Made by a program: the position numbers and the translations under genes. DNA of 64,000 bases from Antedon mediterranea (taxonomy: Eukaryota; Animalia; Echinodermata), in contig NC_092670.1 of the NCBI RefSeq assembly GCF_964355755.1, forward strand, positions 35,390,388 through 35,454,387. Direction: 5' to 3'. This document shows positions 37,101-50,900 of the stretch, one piece after another. The notes beneath the pieces were generated by a model. It was not told where the DNA came from. It saw nothing but the letters and a program-made list of their open reading frames with translations, and searched no databases. Position 1 is the stretch's first letter. Each line of letters opens with the position of its first letter.

Positions 37101-40100
37101 AACATCGTTATTGCCACTCTAGTTTCAAAGGTGTCTCACGCAGAAGGGTGTGCCAAATGAGAGGATCTACCGAATATTCTTTTAATATAAGCATTGGTAG
37201 GCCTACAACTTACCGATATATAGCATACGTCATTATTGTCAAAATTAAGCTAATTGTAGATAATATATACCCAATATAACTGACAATAGCAATGCCTTTG
37301 GTGTAAGGAAATCCCTGTAAAAACAAAGAGAGTAAACTGTTTGGAAATAAAATAATTTTTGTACTACATTATTGCAGTAGTAGCATTAGGCATACAACTC
37401 TTCCTCTACGACAAAACATGTTGTACTTCTAATGGAATGCTCGAGTGATATTCTAGGTAAAATCTGAAGTAGGCCGGTTTTTTAAAATATTTATTTTAAA
37501 GTATGCCTATTTTGTTTATTAGCCTTGAATTTGATCTCGATAATTGTAATGGATTATTAGTTTTAGTATTGTTGTAAATACTGGTCGGTCTGAAACCAAT
37601 ACAAATCTTGTGATATTGTGTAACGATTTAAAAAAAGGTTCACGGTAACAAGTACACATAAAACCATGTCTGGTTCGTCCACAACCATTTACAAATACAC
37701 TATAGGTAGTCTGTCTATCGAATAAATACAAACAATATTTACCAGCCAATCGAATGAGCCCGATGGTGCTTCGGTGGGTTTTTTTGTTGGCGGGATTAAC
37801 TCTTCAATGAGACTTATCAAATCAAGATCGTGGCACAAGCATCGTGTGAACGTGGCATTAGTATAATTCAAATGACATTCGGCTTCAGACCATGATAGTG
37901 AAACTAACAACATAAATAAAGATTGTAATAATAATTAGATAACGATGTATACATGCCAATTAATTAGTAAATGTGGTAGTTTTGGTGAATAATAGGACGG
38001 TTCTAAAAGGTGATGGCTCAAACACTGGTTAGAATTATTACCATCATGTTTCTTGTAGCCAAACTAGTAGCACACCAAGAATGATGCTATTTTATGTACA
38101 GTAATTACTTTGAAAATTAATCAATTATCTACTAACAATGTTACCGTATTATATAGTTCAGTATCTAGTTTAGTTAAATCACTAATTTAGTAATCGATAT
38201 ACTTATGTATGTATGTTATAAATACAATAAAAACAATTGAACAATTCAAATTATATTGTTAGATACCTACCTGGCGTGAATTCCAGGTCGGAAATTGTCA
38301 CATTTAGTGGTGTAATGTCTCCAGCAGCGCATTGGAAACTTGGTCTTTCATACTACAAGATACAGCCATTTAAAAAAAGAATTTAATATAAAAATAATAA
38401 AAGTACCTTAGTAAAGTTTTGCAAAGATATTAGGCCTATAGATTAATTGTAGATTTTTGGAAGAACGCTTTTTGTAGATATAAATAGTAGGCTACATCAG
38501 TTTGTTCATTCTTCTTACCAAATCATGATTTTCAACAAGGTGATGGAACGTCACATATATTGGTTCAGTCAGAGAATCAACCGCTTTATCGTCTGCGAAC
38601 GCATGTACATAAACCATGACGTTGTCGCTTACAGGAGTTACGTCACCAGTAACGGGAATGAAAAATTTGGTTGTGTAGTACACAATAACTGCTGACCTAA
38701 CAACTGTTGAGCCACTACTACTCTTCGTATTCATTCTGTCAGTATCACCGTAGAACTTGAACGCTGTAAAATTGCAAGGTGGTTAACTAAATGACCTTAA
38801 AATTCCCAATAATCAAAAATTAAAAATTCTGTATAGTTAGGCCTAAAAGTTTCATCACCTTAGAAGGCCTAGCCCTACTTACATTTAGGCTCCCAATCTG
38901 TTACTTCGATAGTAAGAACAGTTGTTCCTTCACTGTCACCATCTCCACAGGCACTTGAAGAAAAGCTAAATTGACGTGGCAAGTTAAACCATCCGCTGCC
39001 TTTCGGTTGATTCAATTCAATCATGAGGTTAGCGGAATAATGTTCAATTTTCTCTGAATTCTGCGGAAAAATCACCGCCTCTGTATACTTCTCCAGGCTA
39101 TTCGCTAAGCTGTTAAATAATATTAATAACATTTATTATAAATTTAAAGCACACGAGTATACGAAATCAAAAAAGTAGGCCTACTATCTAAAGCAATACT
39201 GTTGCAACATTACTTGTGATCCGTAGTGTTTTCTATATGTTTTTTGTAATCTATTTAATTTTGTCTATAACAATTTTCCATCGCATTTTCTGTATAGATA
39301 AATAATTATAATTATTACTCAATTGATTATTCTTTTTACCTTAATGTCGCATCCTGCGATTTATGAAGGATGTCCAATGGAATATCTAGGATATTACTTG
39401 CAATAAAAACCAGTAGGTCACCGACTGAAGGCATCAGGTCAAACACTTCGGCCATCCCGTAGCTTTGTACAAGTTCGACGATGGCTGCCGTAACTTTCAC
39501 ATCTTCCTCAGTCAGCAAAGTTTCGTTTCTGATTAAAGATTCGACGGTCTTTAAATACACAATTACTTCTGTTGTGTTTCCTACTTCACGTCTGTTCTGT
39601 AAAATACCATTTACTAAAATTTGTTTTCTTTCTGTGCAAATATTTTAAAATGAGATTGATGATAATGATCATGTATAAGAAAATTAAATAATGTTATAAA
39701 GATGTTTGAAAACAAAAAGGTTATTTAAACCAAACGTCTTTGTATAAACTTTTAAAACTTCTTTTGTAAGTGTATTATAGAAAAATATAAGAAAATTAAA
39801 TGAAAAAAGGAGGTACGGAATTCAAAGTGAATTTACAAGATTTAAAAATGTTACTGAAATCAAATTGTTAATGATATTAGAAATTTAAAAAATGTGATAA
39901 ATAATATGATTTTATGTGATGACATGAAAGATGATATTAATGTGAATAAAAGTGGTGTTTATGCCACAAAATAGAAAAAAAACATCTGTTTTCAAATTGA
40001 TTTATTTTTTACGCCTTTAGCTTGTAGATTGCTCTTCTATCTTACCGCCGATGCAAATCCTTTTCATTTATTCATCCATGACCTACTTTGCTTAATTATA

Positions 40101-42662
40101 TATTATTACAATTCTACATTACATTTACCATTGTCTGTAGAGATGATTCGAGACTGTCCTGTAACTCTTCAAGTACCAGTGTGATGTTCGAGTGCCATCT
40201 ACACATGTCAGTGACTGCTGCTCCCCATGTAGAGTTAAGAGAAAACGGCATCCGTCTAATTAAAAAACCCTGCGGTGGAGGAATGCACGGCCTGTATGCC
40301 ATGGAGCTAGGATGGTAGAATGGCCATACACCATTGGGACAGGGAAGGTAAGCATAACTTCCCGCAGTAGTTGTATTCCACATAAAATCACCCTTCAAAT
40401 CATCGGTTGGGTCACTCCAGCAGATATCTGAAACATAGGTATACCACAGAAGTTATTGTATGCCTAATGATTTGTTAACATGTGTTTTTCAAACTAAAAA
40501 AGGGATTACTTTTTTTTATTAAACCTTTTCTGACTTCAAGCAGCATTTGTTATGTAATTGTCCAATAGTTAAAAGGATATGGAACTTCCTCCAAGAAAAA
40601 AAGGACAGTATTTTTAATACAAAATTGATACAATTAGAATCATTTATAAATCAAAGATGAAATTGTTAGAGATTATAATAATTTTTATGAACCTTTATTT
40701 TATTTTATAAGGAGATGGAAATCTATGTTGTTTTTGTTTGCTTTTAATTTTAATTTTAATATGATTATGTTTTCCTTTGTAATGTCTTATAATTATGAAA
40801 AAGATAGATAGATAGATTTTTCAAGACACATCCATTCACTGATAATACACATTTAGTTCATGTATAGTATAACATGTTTGGATTGAACAATTTATTAACG
40901 TAACAAGAAAACATAGGTCTGGCCATACCTAGATAAGCATTTTTAATTAATTATTTAACATTGCGCGTTTATAATTGGCAAAATAGCAATAATCTTCTTT
41001 ACATCTAATGGAGTGACGGGTAATGTTTGGTGTACTAGTTACTAAACATACTAAACAATCAAATTGTAGGCATGTATCAAGTTATCGTGTAATTCTTCGT
41101 TCGCAGATGTTCTTAATGATACGGGATAATGATAAGCCAATAACTAAGCACCGGATACTCATACACGGTATTATAAGTTCGTAACAGGGAAATTCATCAT
41201 AATATTCATACAAAACAGATTTCCTATGGAAAGCTCCATTAGAGTTCTCGCTAAAGTTTGGATTCAACCATGCTTTACATCGGTGGACGTCTTAAACAAT
41301 TGTAATACCGGGTGTTGACGAAAAACAAAGTTAATTTGACAATAAAAGCTGTTCAAAAGTTATCAATGATTGGTCCACGGAACTATTTAACTTACCGTAC
41401 CAGGTTAAATAACTAAACCTGAACGGACCGGCATTTTATATACGGTATCTAAAGATTGTATATGCTTAAAGGTAAAAACGGTACTGTACATAAGATTTTC
41501 CACTCCCGTGCGCATTACGCAATTTCATCACGTGTCACACACGATACTTATTTTTAAAATTACATGCGAGCATTTTTCAAAGGAGTGCTTAACAGTTAAG
41601 CACTCCGTTTTAGGGAAGATCATCGCAAACGCACATTGACTTCAACTGGAGTGCTGAGTGTTTACCAAACATGTTTCAATAGCCTCTTCCTGTGAAGCTT
41701 TTATTTCAAGAGTTTGTTTAACGATTGTAAAGTGTTAAGTAAACACAATTGCGATTGCTTCCAACTGAAGCACTAATAGTTTCACATCCAACAAGCAATA
41801 AAAGCAAAGAATATCATGGAAGCATTATTCGTTGGTTGGTGTTTCTTTTATAATTCTTGGAAGTCCAACCAAGAGTGTGTCAAAATATGTTTGATATCAC
41901 TAACGTTAAGAAAACACCGCCTTCAAGTACTTGGAGTTAATGCACATGGTGTACTAAAGTTCATTGTAGAGGTTCTACCTGTCTATGTATTATACAGTAC
42001 ATTATTTTTATTCAGAAAATTATTCAGGTAACTTTTATAATAGCAGGTTTTGATAAATTATTGGGCTTTTTGTGTGTTTAAAACTGTACTATATAAAACA
42101 TATTCAGGTAACTTGTATTGTAGCTGGCTTTGATAAATTACTGGGATCTTTGTGTGTTTAAAATTATACTATATGAAAAATTAACTTATATAAAACACAA
42201 TGAGACTTTTACACATTTCACTGTTGACACGCCTTGATGTGCCTGTTCACATTCACCGAATCATATCAGAGTGATATCTGATGTATCTATTCAAGTTATT
42301 AAGTCCGATATACAGATAACTCCGATAGGTCATACTACATACATCAGGTTAAGAGCGCAGAACAAGTTAAACATAGATAAAATAACATTATTCTCACCTG
42401 TCCTGCATTCTTCTGTTGAGGGAGCATCCGCATTGTCCTTATGTAATTCTCTGAGTTCTTCAGGACTGGCAATTGTTGGCAAGGGCGCCATGGTTGATAG
42501 GAACTCAGGAACGAATCGTGAAGAGAAGTTTCTCAGCAAGTCAGATTTGTGAACAAAATTACCTTGATTATATTTATCTGATATGCTATCTGCTACAGTT
42601 TGTTTTATGACAATTATAATAAATAGTTTTAAAATAGTTGATGAACGGTTCTTTTTGGCCAT
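34116..42662 (-). CDS. Adhesion GPCR, ADGRG (GPR64/GPR126)-like: signal peptide, HRM, GAIN/GPS, 7TM; 13 coding exons, ~830 aa
   Basis: Exons 42662-42398, 40427-40129, 39596-39340, 39109-38883, 38763-38519, 38352-38271, 37903-37743, 37314-37214, 36795-36533, 36181-36100, 35587-35463, 35010-34865, 34355-34116 (2493 nt, open). HRM: WNTTTAGSYAYLPCP..W..C. GPS: WSEAEC...TRCLC. 7TM motifs: SYIG, LRRGRPTLILVNL, WNGVEAVNLYLALVKVF, AWGLP, LLGLTWVFG, FQGFFIFVFHC. Confidence 0.93.
42021..42182. repeat. Diverged tandem duplication (~80 bp x2)
   Basis: tattcaggtaactt...tttgataaatta.tggg..tttgtgtgtttaaa..t.tactat starts at 42021 and 42101. Confidence 0.8.
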
Positions 42663-44937
42663 TTTTAATCAACAACATTAATTTCAATAACAGTTATGTC
42701 ATCTGACAAATTCGTTTAATTGCTGGCCACCTGAAGAAATACAAAGACACTTGCTATTGGTTCACAATTAATGCAAAAATTATAGATGGTATTGGTAGCA
42801 AAGTTAACATACAAACACATTATTATAGCCTACGAATATGAAAACAAAGTAGTACATTACATGACAATGGTTAAGACAAATAATGTGTAATTATTGTTTT
42901 GAATAAGATGCGCCTGGTGAATTAGATTAATATTAAATTATTTTCAACTCATTTTAGTCTAAAAGTTCATTCTAAGATCGATGCATTGATTTAAAAGGAG
43001 TCTAAGTGATAATTGATGAAAGTTTGTTACTAAATAATAAAAGAGCATAGAACAAAATTTAACCAATAAATGTTCGTGTCCGAGGAACAGTATAATTGTA
43101 AACAGTCTTCATTATAACTACATACTACAACAAAATCAGACACTTTATTTTATTAATGAAAAACAAAAAGAAAAAAGTAATCAATAACCTGATAGATTTG
43201 CCCTTTTGCATATAAAAAGAGAACTAATTATTTTGCTGTTACTACATCTTAAATGTACTTATTGTACTTGGGCCAGTGGCCTACATACTATAAAATAACA
43301 GGTCTTTAATTATTGACTAGGATTATGAGCAGGTACCGGTAAGCATGGCGGTGTTGAAAGAGCAATGATTGGTATAAACGCATATATTGCATTTCTTCAA
43401 TACGCGCTTGGGATGATTGCTCATGGTATCATACCAGCCTATACATGTGTTTGTTCTTCCTGAATGGTATTGAAATAAATCATGGAAGATAAAATTAGAA
43501 ATCAATTGAAATAGGATCGATTGTACTTCCTTTCGTGTGATAAAGAAAATTGTCGATTGATAAAGCTATCAGGATCATTTCAGTTCGAAATTGAAACTTG
43601 TTCATTATTCTATAGAGTGATTCTAATTAAAGACCAGCAGTTAGATATTACAAAATCTGTTTCTAGTTGTCTCATTATAGAATGGATAGGCCATGCTACA
43701 TTCATTGAAATAGCTACATATAACATATTATGTACTTTCTATCATAATTTCAACATTAGATCCAATGCCACAACAATGGTATTAATAAGACATTGTACTT
43801 ACCCTGTTTTTCGTCAAAATTGAATGGCACACTTTATTTTTGTTCCAATTTATATAATTCCAACATAGGCCTAAATATTTCAAGTAAGAATGTCTTTTCG
43901 ACCTTTACGCCAGCTTTGATAACCTGAGATTGCGGTAATCAGTGTGTGCATTAAGATACCATTCAGGATTTTCAGAGTGATTGGTCAGTTAACTACCACG
44001 TGATAATCCATCAATTAAGGTTTTAAAGTATTAAGATAAATCGTATTTACCTACTATTGTTTACTTCAGTAATGTCATTGAACGAATGCGTTCAGTGTTG
44101 ATGTAACGCGTTTTGTGCAATGTGTTTGAGATTCCTTGTGTTCCAAATCGACCAGTATGAATTCCTTTAGGTTCCAAAGTTTTGTAAACCAATAATTATA
44201 GCCGTATAGCACAACTTAACTCAATTTTATTTTCATATTTTACAAATCATGGAATAATTATGTATTAGTATACATTTAAGCAGCTAAATCATCTATTAAA
44301 GCAACATTAGTAATTATATTGTTATTTGTTTTTATCTATTAATTGAAAAATATCTACATTATAAAATCTACCTTTTCAATAAAAATCTATTAAAACGTAT
44401 TAGCAACAATAACATTTTTATTATTCTATAAAAAGCAAGATTTAAAAAGCAACTATTTATTTAAATGTATTTATTAAAGTGCAGTTTACAAATGTTAAAC
44501 TATTCTAAAACTATTTGATCTAACTTCTAAGTTCGATTAGCACGCGTATCATCTAGAAATTTGTTTAAAAAACAAATATGAAGCTTTAAAACATAATGAA
44601 AATAAACGAATTAAATCATAAACATTATACATTTACTATTATCAACGTTAAAAAAAGATCGTTATCATAAGCATTGGCCCTAATTTGCATAAAATAACGA
44701 AAATACCGTTGGTGGCGTCCTGGTAATAATTTTCTATTTTTTATTTGTTTATGAAATTCGGCGTTTTACGAAGGAGATGTTTTGTATAGTGTATGCCAAT
44801 AGAATGTATATCAATACAGTTGTTGTCTGTTATTAGCAGATTATTTGTTTTAAATTTTGATCACGTCTAGGCCTACTTCTTACTGATGACCACTGTAATT
44901 CGATTAAAACTGGTTAATTATTAGTTTGTTCGGCCGT

Positions 44938-47900
44938 CTAGTACATCTCACGATTACCAGGCTAAAAGAAAATCATAATTATAATTATTATCTGTTTTTA
45001 CACAACTAATCGGAACTTGTCTATACTAATGACAGAGTAATATTAAACTAGGTTAATTCATTTCATCCATTTTCACAAAACACACGGCAAGTTTTAGTAA
45101 AGTTAATGTTTAAGCAATAATACACCCTTAGCAAAATGAATTAAGGCTAGATACAAATCTCATTTCATTTCATAAACAATGTATTATTATTAAGACAGGA
45201 TCACAATATAAAACAGATACACTGTTATCTGATTGTTTGATCCTGTATAAATATATTATTTATTATTATTATTATTATAAGGAAGTTATAATTAGTTTAT
45301 TTTAGGAATTGTTTGTATTAAAGTTTGAATTATATGGGACATTCAAAAGTGTAAAAATAAAGAAATGAGGCACGCCTAAAAAGATAGTAAAACATGATAT
45401 GACTCTTATAATATGGTGTTTGTATAGGTGTGCCATTAATAGAACCTTACCACAAATCCACTTCCTTCTTCTGGTTCTGGGTTAGCTTTCGGTCCTGGTT
45501 CTGGTTTACCTTCTGGTTCTGGTTTACCTTCTGGTTCTGGTTTACCTTCTGGTTCTGGTTTACCTTCTGGTTCTGGTTTACCTTCTGGTTCTGGATTACC
45601 TTCCGGTCCTGGTTCTGGGTTACCTTCGGGTCCTGGTTCTGGTTTACCTTCTGGTCCTGGTTCTGGATTACCTTCCGGTTTTGGTTTTCCTGGTTTACTT
45701 AGCGGTGGCTTTGTATCTGAATCACATTGGTATATTGGGTTACCACCAGCGTCTTCGGGTCCGTCTATCAATAAAACATTGGTAAATATTAGTGTTCATT
45801 TTCTATAGAAATAAATTCTGTATCTGTTTATTGTCCCCCTGAACATTTTGTTGTTGAATATTCCATTTTATTGTCACATAATAGTTATCCATTTTGACTC
45901 AAAATTGGATCGAAAAGAATTTTATTTATCTGAATAAACTGCAATTTAAAGCAAAAATAGTCAAATTGGATGCCAGCAACCAATAGGTTTTTGGTGTAAT
46001 TTAACCATTTGTTTTGTCATTTTATAGGTGAAAATAGAGTTTTTCCCGTTTTTTCAACTGAAGTGATTAACTTTATTAAAACTACAAAATAACCTATTCA
46101 AAGTATTATTTAATTTAATCTTCATTTTCATTTTTTTTGGGGGAAAATACATCTTTAAGCTGGGTTCTCACTTGGACGCAATGCAAGCACGTAATAACGC
46201 AAGTAAGTCGAGCAATCAGTACGGCGCGATAAAACGTCCTTGTTGCATCTCCAGTGAGAACCAATCAAAAGTACTGTAGTGTAAAATAGTAATTTACTAA
46301 CTAAATGTAAGGTCTGTATCTTCAAAGGAAATAGCGAACCCTTGGTAATCACTGCCGTAAACATCGGTATCAAACTCCATCCACAGGGCTCCTTCATTAG
46401 AAAGGAACGACACTGGGTCAGGTAGGGTAAAACCGAAATGACCATCAATATGTATCGTTTTATTATCGTTTTTGCTGCATCCGTCTCCAACTGTTAATGT
46501 ATCACGTGCTCCTTCCGTTTGAAACGTCTGAACAGTTGCACGTATGCGCTTGCCTGGTGGAGCATTGATGATGTAAGTGCATTTGGTGTTAGGAGGATAA
46601 CCCAACGGGTAACCTGGAGCTGCGATGGCAGTGCGTCCTCCCTCCGGTACGTAAAATTGTCCTCCGCATGCTGTAAAACGTGTGGAAAAAATGAAAACAT
46701 TAAGTAGTAGCAGTGTGTTACATTTGTAGTTAACATTCCGTCTAATGTAGCAGTAAAATCATATCTTTGTCACAGTACAGTATGATTTTCTACGTGTGCA
46801 ATTACCTAACCTCATCTTCGACTTGAAAGTATGCGTTTCAAAAGTATGCTATAATTCGTGTTTAATATAAAAAAAAAATATGTATATACATACTCGTATC
46901 AGGAAATGAATCAAATTCTACTATCCATCCCTTCATTTCAACGAGGAAATTTGACCTGAATCGTACCCACAAGTCTGTCGAATTTAAAAGAAAATCGTCC
47001 GGACGATCACTGCCACTGTGCGACAGAATGACGCTATCAGTGTCGTCTGGGTCGTTGCCGCGTCCCATTTCAAATAGGTCGTTCGACAACTCGGTTTCAA
47101 ATCGCATAAAACGAACATAAAGCTATAAGAAAATAAACATAATTGTATGAGATGAGACATTAGGGCTACATTATTTACGTACGAAAAGAGTCACGCTTAT
47201 GGTTCTGGTAACACATTTACCCAAAACTATCAACTTGTAGGCATGCATCTTGTCATTTTGGTTCGTGTGTGATGTGTAAAGTGGAAAACTGACACCCACG
47301 TCCACCATTATGTAAAATTGCAAAAAGAAAAGAGGTACTGTATATGCAGGATACAAGGATCAAGTTTGAATAGATACTAAGCTAGTAATGTGGTTGTTAG
47401 TTAAAACTTTTAAATAGTTTGCGTTATTCTATGAACAACTTAGTCAAATAAAGTTACCTCTGCTGCTATGGGGAAAGATAGAAGCCACGTGCATTCCATC
47501 ATTGGATTGTAAGCAGGCGATCCGGGTGATTTTAATTCATATAAAGTGTCCGTTACTGTTACGATGTCACCGCAACCTTTGTGTAAAATGTAATGATAAT
47601 TATTGACTTAATTTGAATCTACAACATGTTATATTTTAAAATTCTGTACAAAGGTTATGTACTTGTATGGTGCCTATAAATCATTATGAATGTACATTGT
47701 TGTTTTCGTATAGTTCTAAAGAAAAAATGCACCCTTTTTTACCTGTGTCTAACTTTGGGCCTTCCTTTGGCTTAAATTTTGTGCTGGCCTCTGAAAAATA
47801 TTAATGCATACAGAATACATTACAAATGATCCAATTATATATATTTAAGGTAATATTTTCGATTACAGGTCCTAAAGAAGCTACTGTTTTCTAAATAAGT

Positions 47901-50900
47901 GTTTCTGAATGAAATACCCACTTTTGTCTGAAGCATCATATACATCGACGAAGAAGCCCTTGTCTGCTGTTGAGTAGTCAGACGAAAATACCAGCCAAGC
48001 ATTGTTTTCTCCAATAGTTATGTTAGCCGGATTTGGTAGTTTTCTACCGGTGTGTAAGGTGATAGCATAATTTTCACCATTGACAGCAGGTTCCTTTCCG
48101 CTTCCCAAGCTCATACTATCAAACAAATACTCAGTACGGAAGACTCTGAAGAAGAAACTTAATTCAGTACCTGGTGGGGCACTGATCTGCCAGAGACAGA
48201 AGGAATCTAGCGTGTAAGAACGATCGGGATAGTACGGAGTTGCAATGGATGCACTTCCTCCAGAAGGAAGCTCAATATTGCCACCACAATCTAAAAGACA
48301 CAGAACAATAATTATAAGTTTTAGGATAAATTAACAATCTCAGATTTTAGTTTGGTTTATTACTACAAGTCAACGCAAAGGCGTGTGTTACAGTTTTAGG
48401 ATACAATGCCATTCTAGTCCTAGTAGTAGGCATACGGCGGATGTTGGATTTTGGACACCTGACTTGCTAACTTCTACTACAGACTTGAATTTAAAAAAAT
48501 TTATGACGTAAACATATTTTTACCATAATTATCAAGGTATGATTGTAGGTAAAATTGAGGTAAATTGTAAGTATTAGGCCTACTAATTTTCACAATGGAA
48601 ACGTACCATATCTGCATCAATCGGTATGAATATGCCTAATAGTATGACTATATTGCCTACATTCAGAACTGGAATGTAATATACATACCGTTGTATGGCT
48701 GATCACGAACAATTGCTTCGAAACCAGTCCTCGTCAAAGCACCATTGGTAACTAAACGTACCCACAATTCGCTTGTTCTTGAAACAAAGGAATCCGGTAA
48801 GTCTCTATGCGAAAATAGAAAATTTGTTTAGACAAATGACTCAACAATTTTGGAAAATAAATTAGGCTCACTTTACCTCTTGACATGCATAATGTATCTT
48901 ACCTCCCCGTGTAAACCTTTTCTGGTAGAGTAGGCTTAGCTCCGGATCCTACCTCTATCCTATCCATTCTCTCTTCAACATCCATTCGCGTAAAAGTGAT
49001 ACCTGCACGGCGTCCAGGTGTAATTTTGACAGACCATACACACGATAGGCTGTTGTTATAGTTACCGGGGTGGTTAGGCGATTTGATTTTTCTTGATTCA
49101 TTCACAGCTAGTTCAATTTTCTCATTGCAATCTTCAAAAATGTGATGAGATTTACTATGTTAAAGCTTATAAATGAACCAATTATAATATAACCGACTGA
49201 TAATATTACAAGGAAGACTGTCAAAATACTGTACGTTACCTTCGTTGACTTTAAAAGGAAACGGACTACTGGCAACTGGAACTTTCGGATCTTTGAAAGA
49301 AAGTGAAAAAGAAACAATTAACTGATAAGAAAGCCTATAAAGTACCACAACACACACAAAAAAAGAACTAGTGTTTTTGTAATTTTTATGTCCATTTTAT
49401 CAGTTCTTTTGTTATAGGACCCAAGTTAAAATAAGTTTTAAACTGTTCTTAATATTTCTTTGCATTTCTTGTAATCAAGGCCTGTTAGTTTTGTGCAATT
49501 GTTTTTCTGTTATTTCTACGTTATTTCTAATTATTTTTAAACCTTGATTGCCAATTAAAGAAATATAAATTCAGGAACTTTATTTGTAGTTTTTTTTTTT
49601 TTAATAGAAGCATAATAGTAATATAATTTTCAGAATAAAAATGGTTTCATTACTGTACACTTCAGAGTCAGCTACATCTATTTTAAAGCCGGCTTCTCTA
49701 TCCCAATCATCGCTAATGAATGTGATGAACAACTCATTTCCAGACGTCGTGAAGTTGTTAGGTGTTGGTAATTTCAAGCCAGTATGTCGGTAAATGATAT
49801 ATCTATCTTTTTTCTAAAGAAGGAAAACATACATTATTTTTTAATGAAAGGGTACTGTAATAATAAATAATAATAGGATTTTTATAGCGCACATACCACT
49901 CAAGAGTGCTCAAGGCGCCGTGAAGTTGTTAGGTGTTGGTAATTTCAAGCCAGCATGTATAATAGAATTCAACAAAACAATAACAACAAAATAACAAGGC
50001 CAACAGCCATTAAGTCGCGTGCTACAATGCATAGTGATACCGGACCGACAGACAGACCGACAGACAGACCGACAGACAGACAGACCGACCGACCGACATA
50101 GGGAACTATACTGACCGAAATTACTGAACATGTTTAAAAATGTTGAAATGTTTAAAAAAACATTTATATTTTTTTAATTTACACGTGCGTAGCCTGTCAC
50201 TTTCGACGTGCTCGTATAACGTAATTTCGAGTTGAAAAGTAAGTCAAGAAAACAGAAATCGGGCAAAAAGAGTGCGCAATAACATTTAACACGCAGTGCG
50301 CGCGCAAAAATATGCGCACTCATGGCAATTTTGTAAACGCTTAAAATTGCCTGAAATGTACTCTTATTTCATCGAAAATAAATTTTGAAAATTTTAAGCG
50401 CGCGTACACATGCGTTACATGCGCTACGCACGTAATTGTATTGCCATATGATGATTTATGCCCTGAAATTTATGAGTACCAAATTTTATTTAATTGTGAT
50501 TCATGGTTGTGAAGATATGATTACAAACGTGATTTCGTTAAATCGTGCGTAGACCGCGTAATTTTTTATTGCGCACCGTGAAAACATAACCACATTGATT
50601 CCTGGCCCTAAGGAATATACTGTGAAAAATTGACCTAGCTAGATTAAACTGATATCAAGATAAGGTCAGAAAGCGATAAAACGCATAGTGATACCGGACC
50701 GACAGACAGACCGACAGACAGACAGACAGACAGACCGACCAACCGACCGACATAGTGAACTATAGAGTCGCTTCCACGCGACTAATAACTAACGCCTGTG
50801 TTGAATATTTATGGAGTCATTATAAACGGCAACAAACTGTCACCAGAATTTTTGTAATAATGCCCGACTGCCTAAACATTGTAAAATAAAATGTCGAAGC

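Noticed and set aside
42663-42730. Direct in-frame fusion of the CUB gene into the receptor's ATG exon via the acceptor at 42730
   Set aside because: All frames hit stops, including an in-frame TGA just upstream of the ATG. Any fusion would have to skip this exon.
45430-45702. Trp/Phe-rich + strand ORF (WFWFTF)n
   Set aside because: It is the antisense shadow of the PEGKPE coding repeat, with no independent support.
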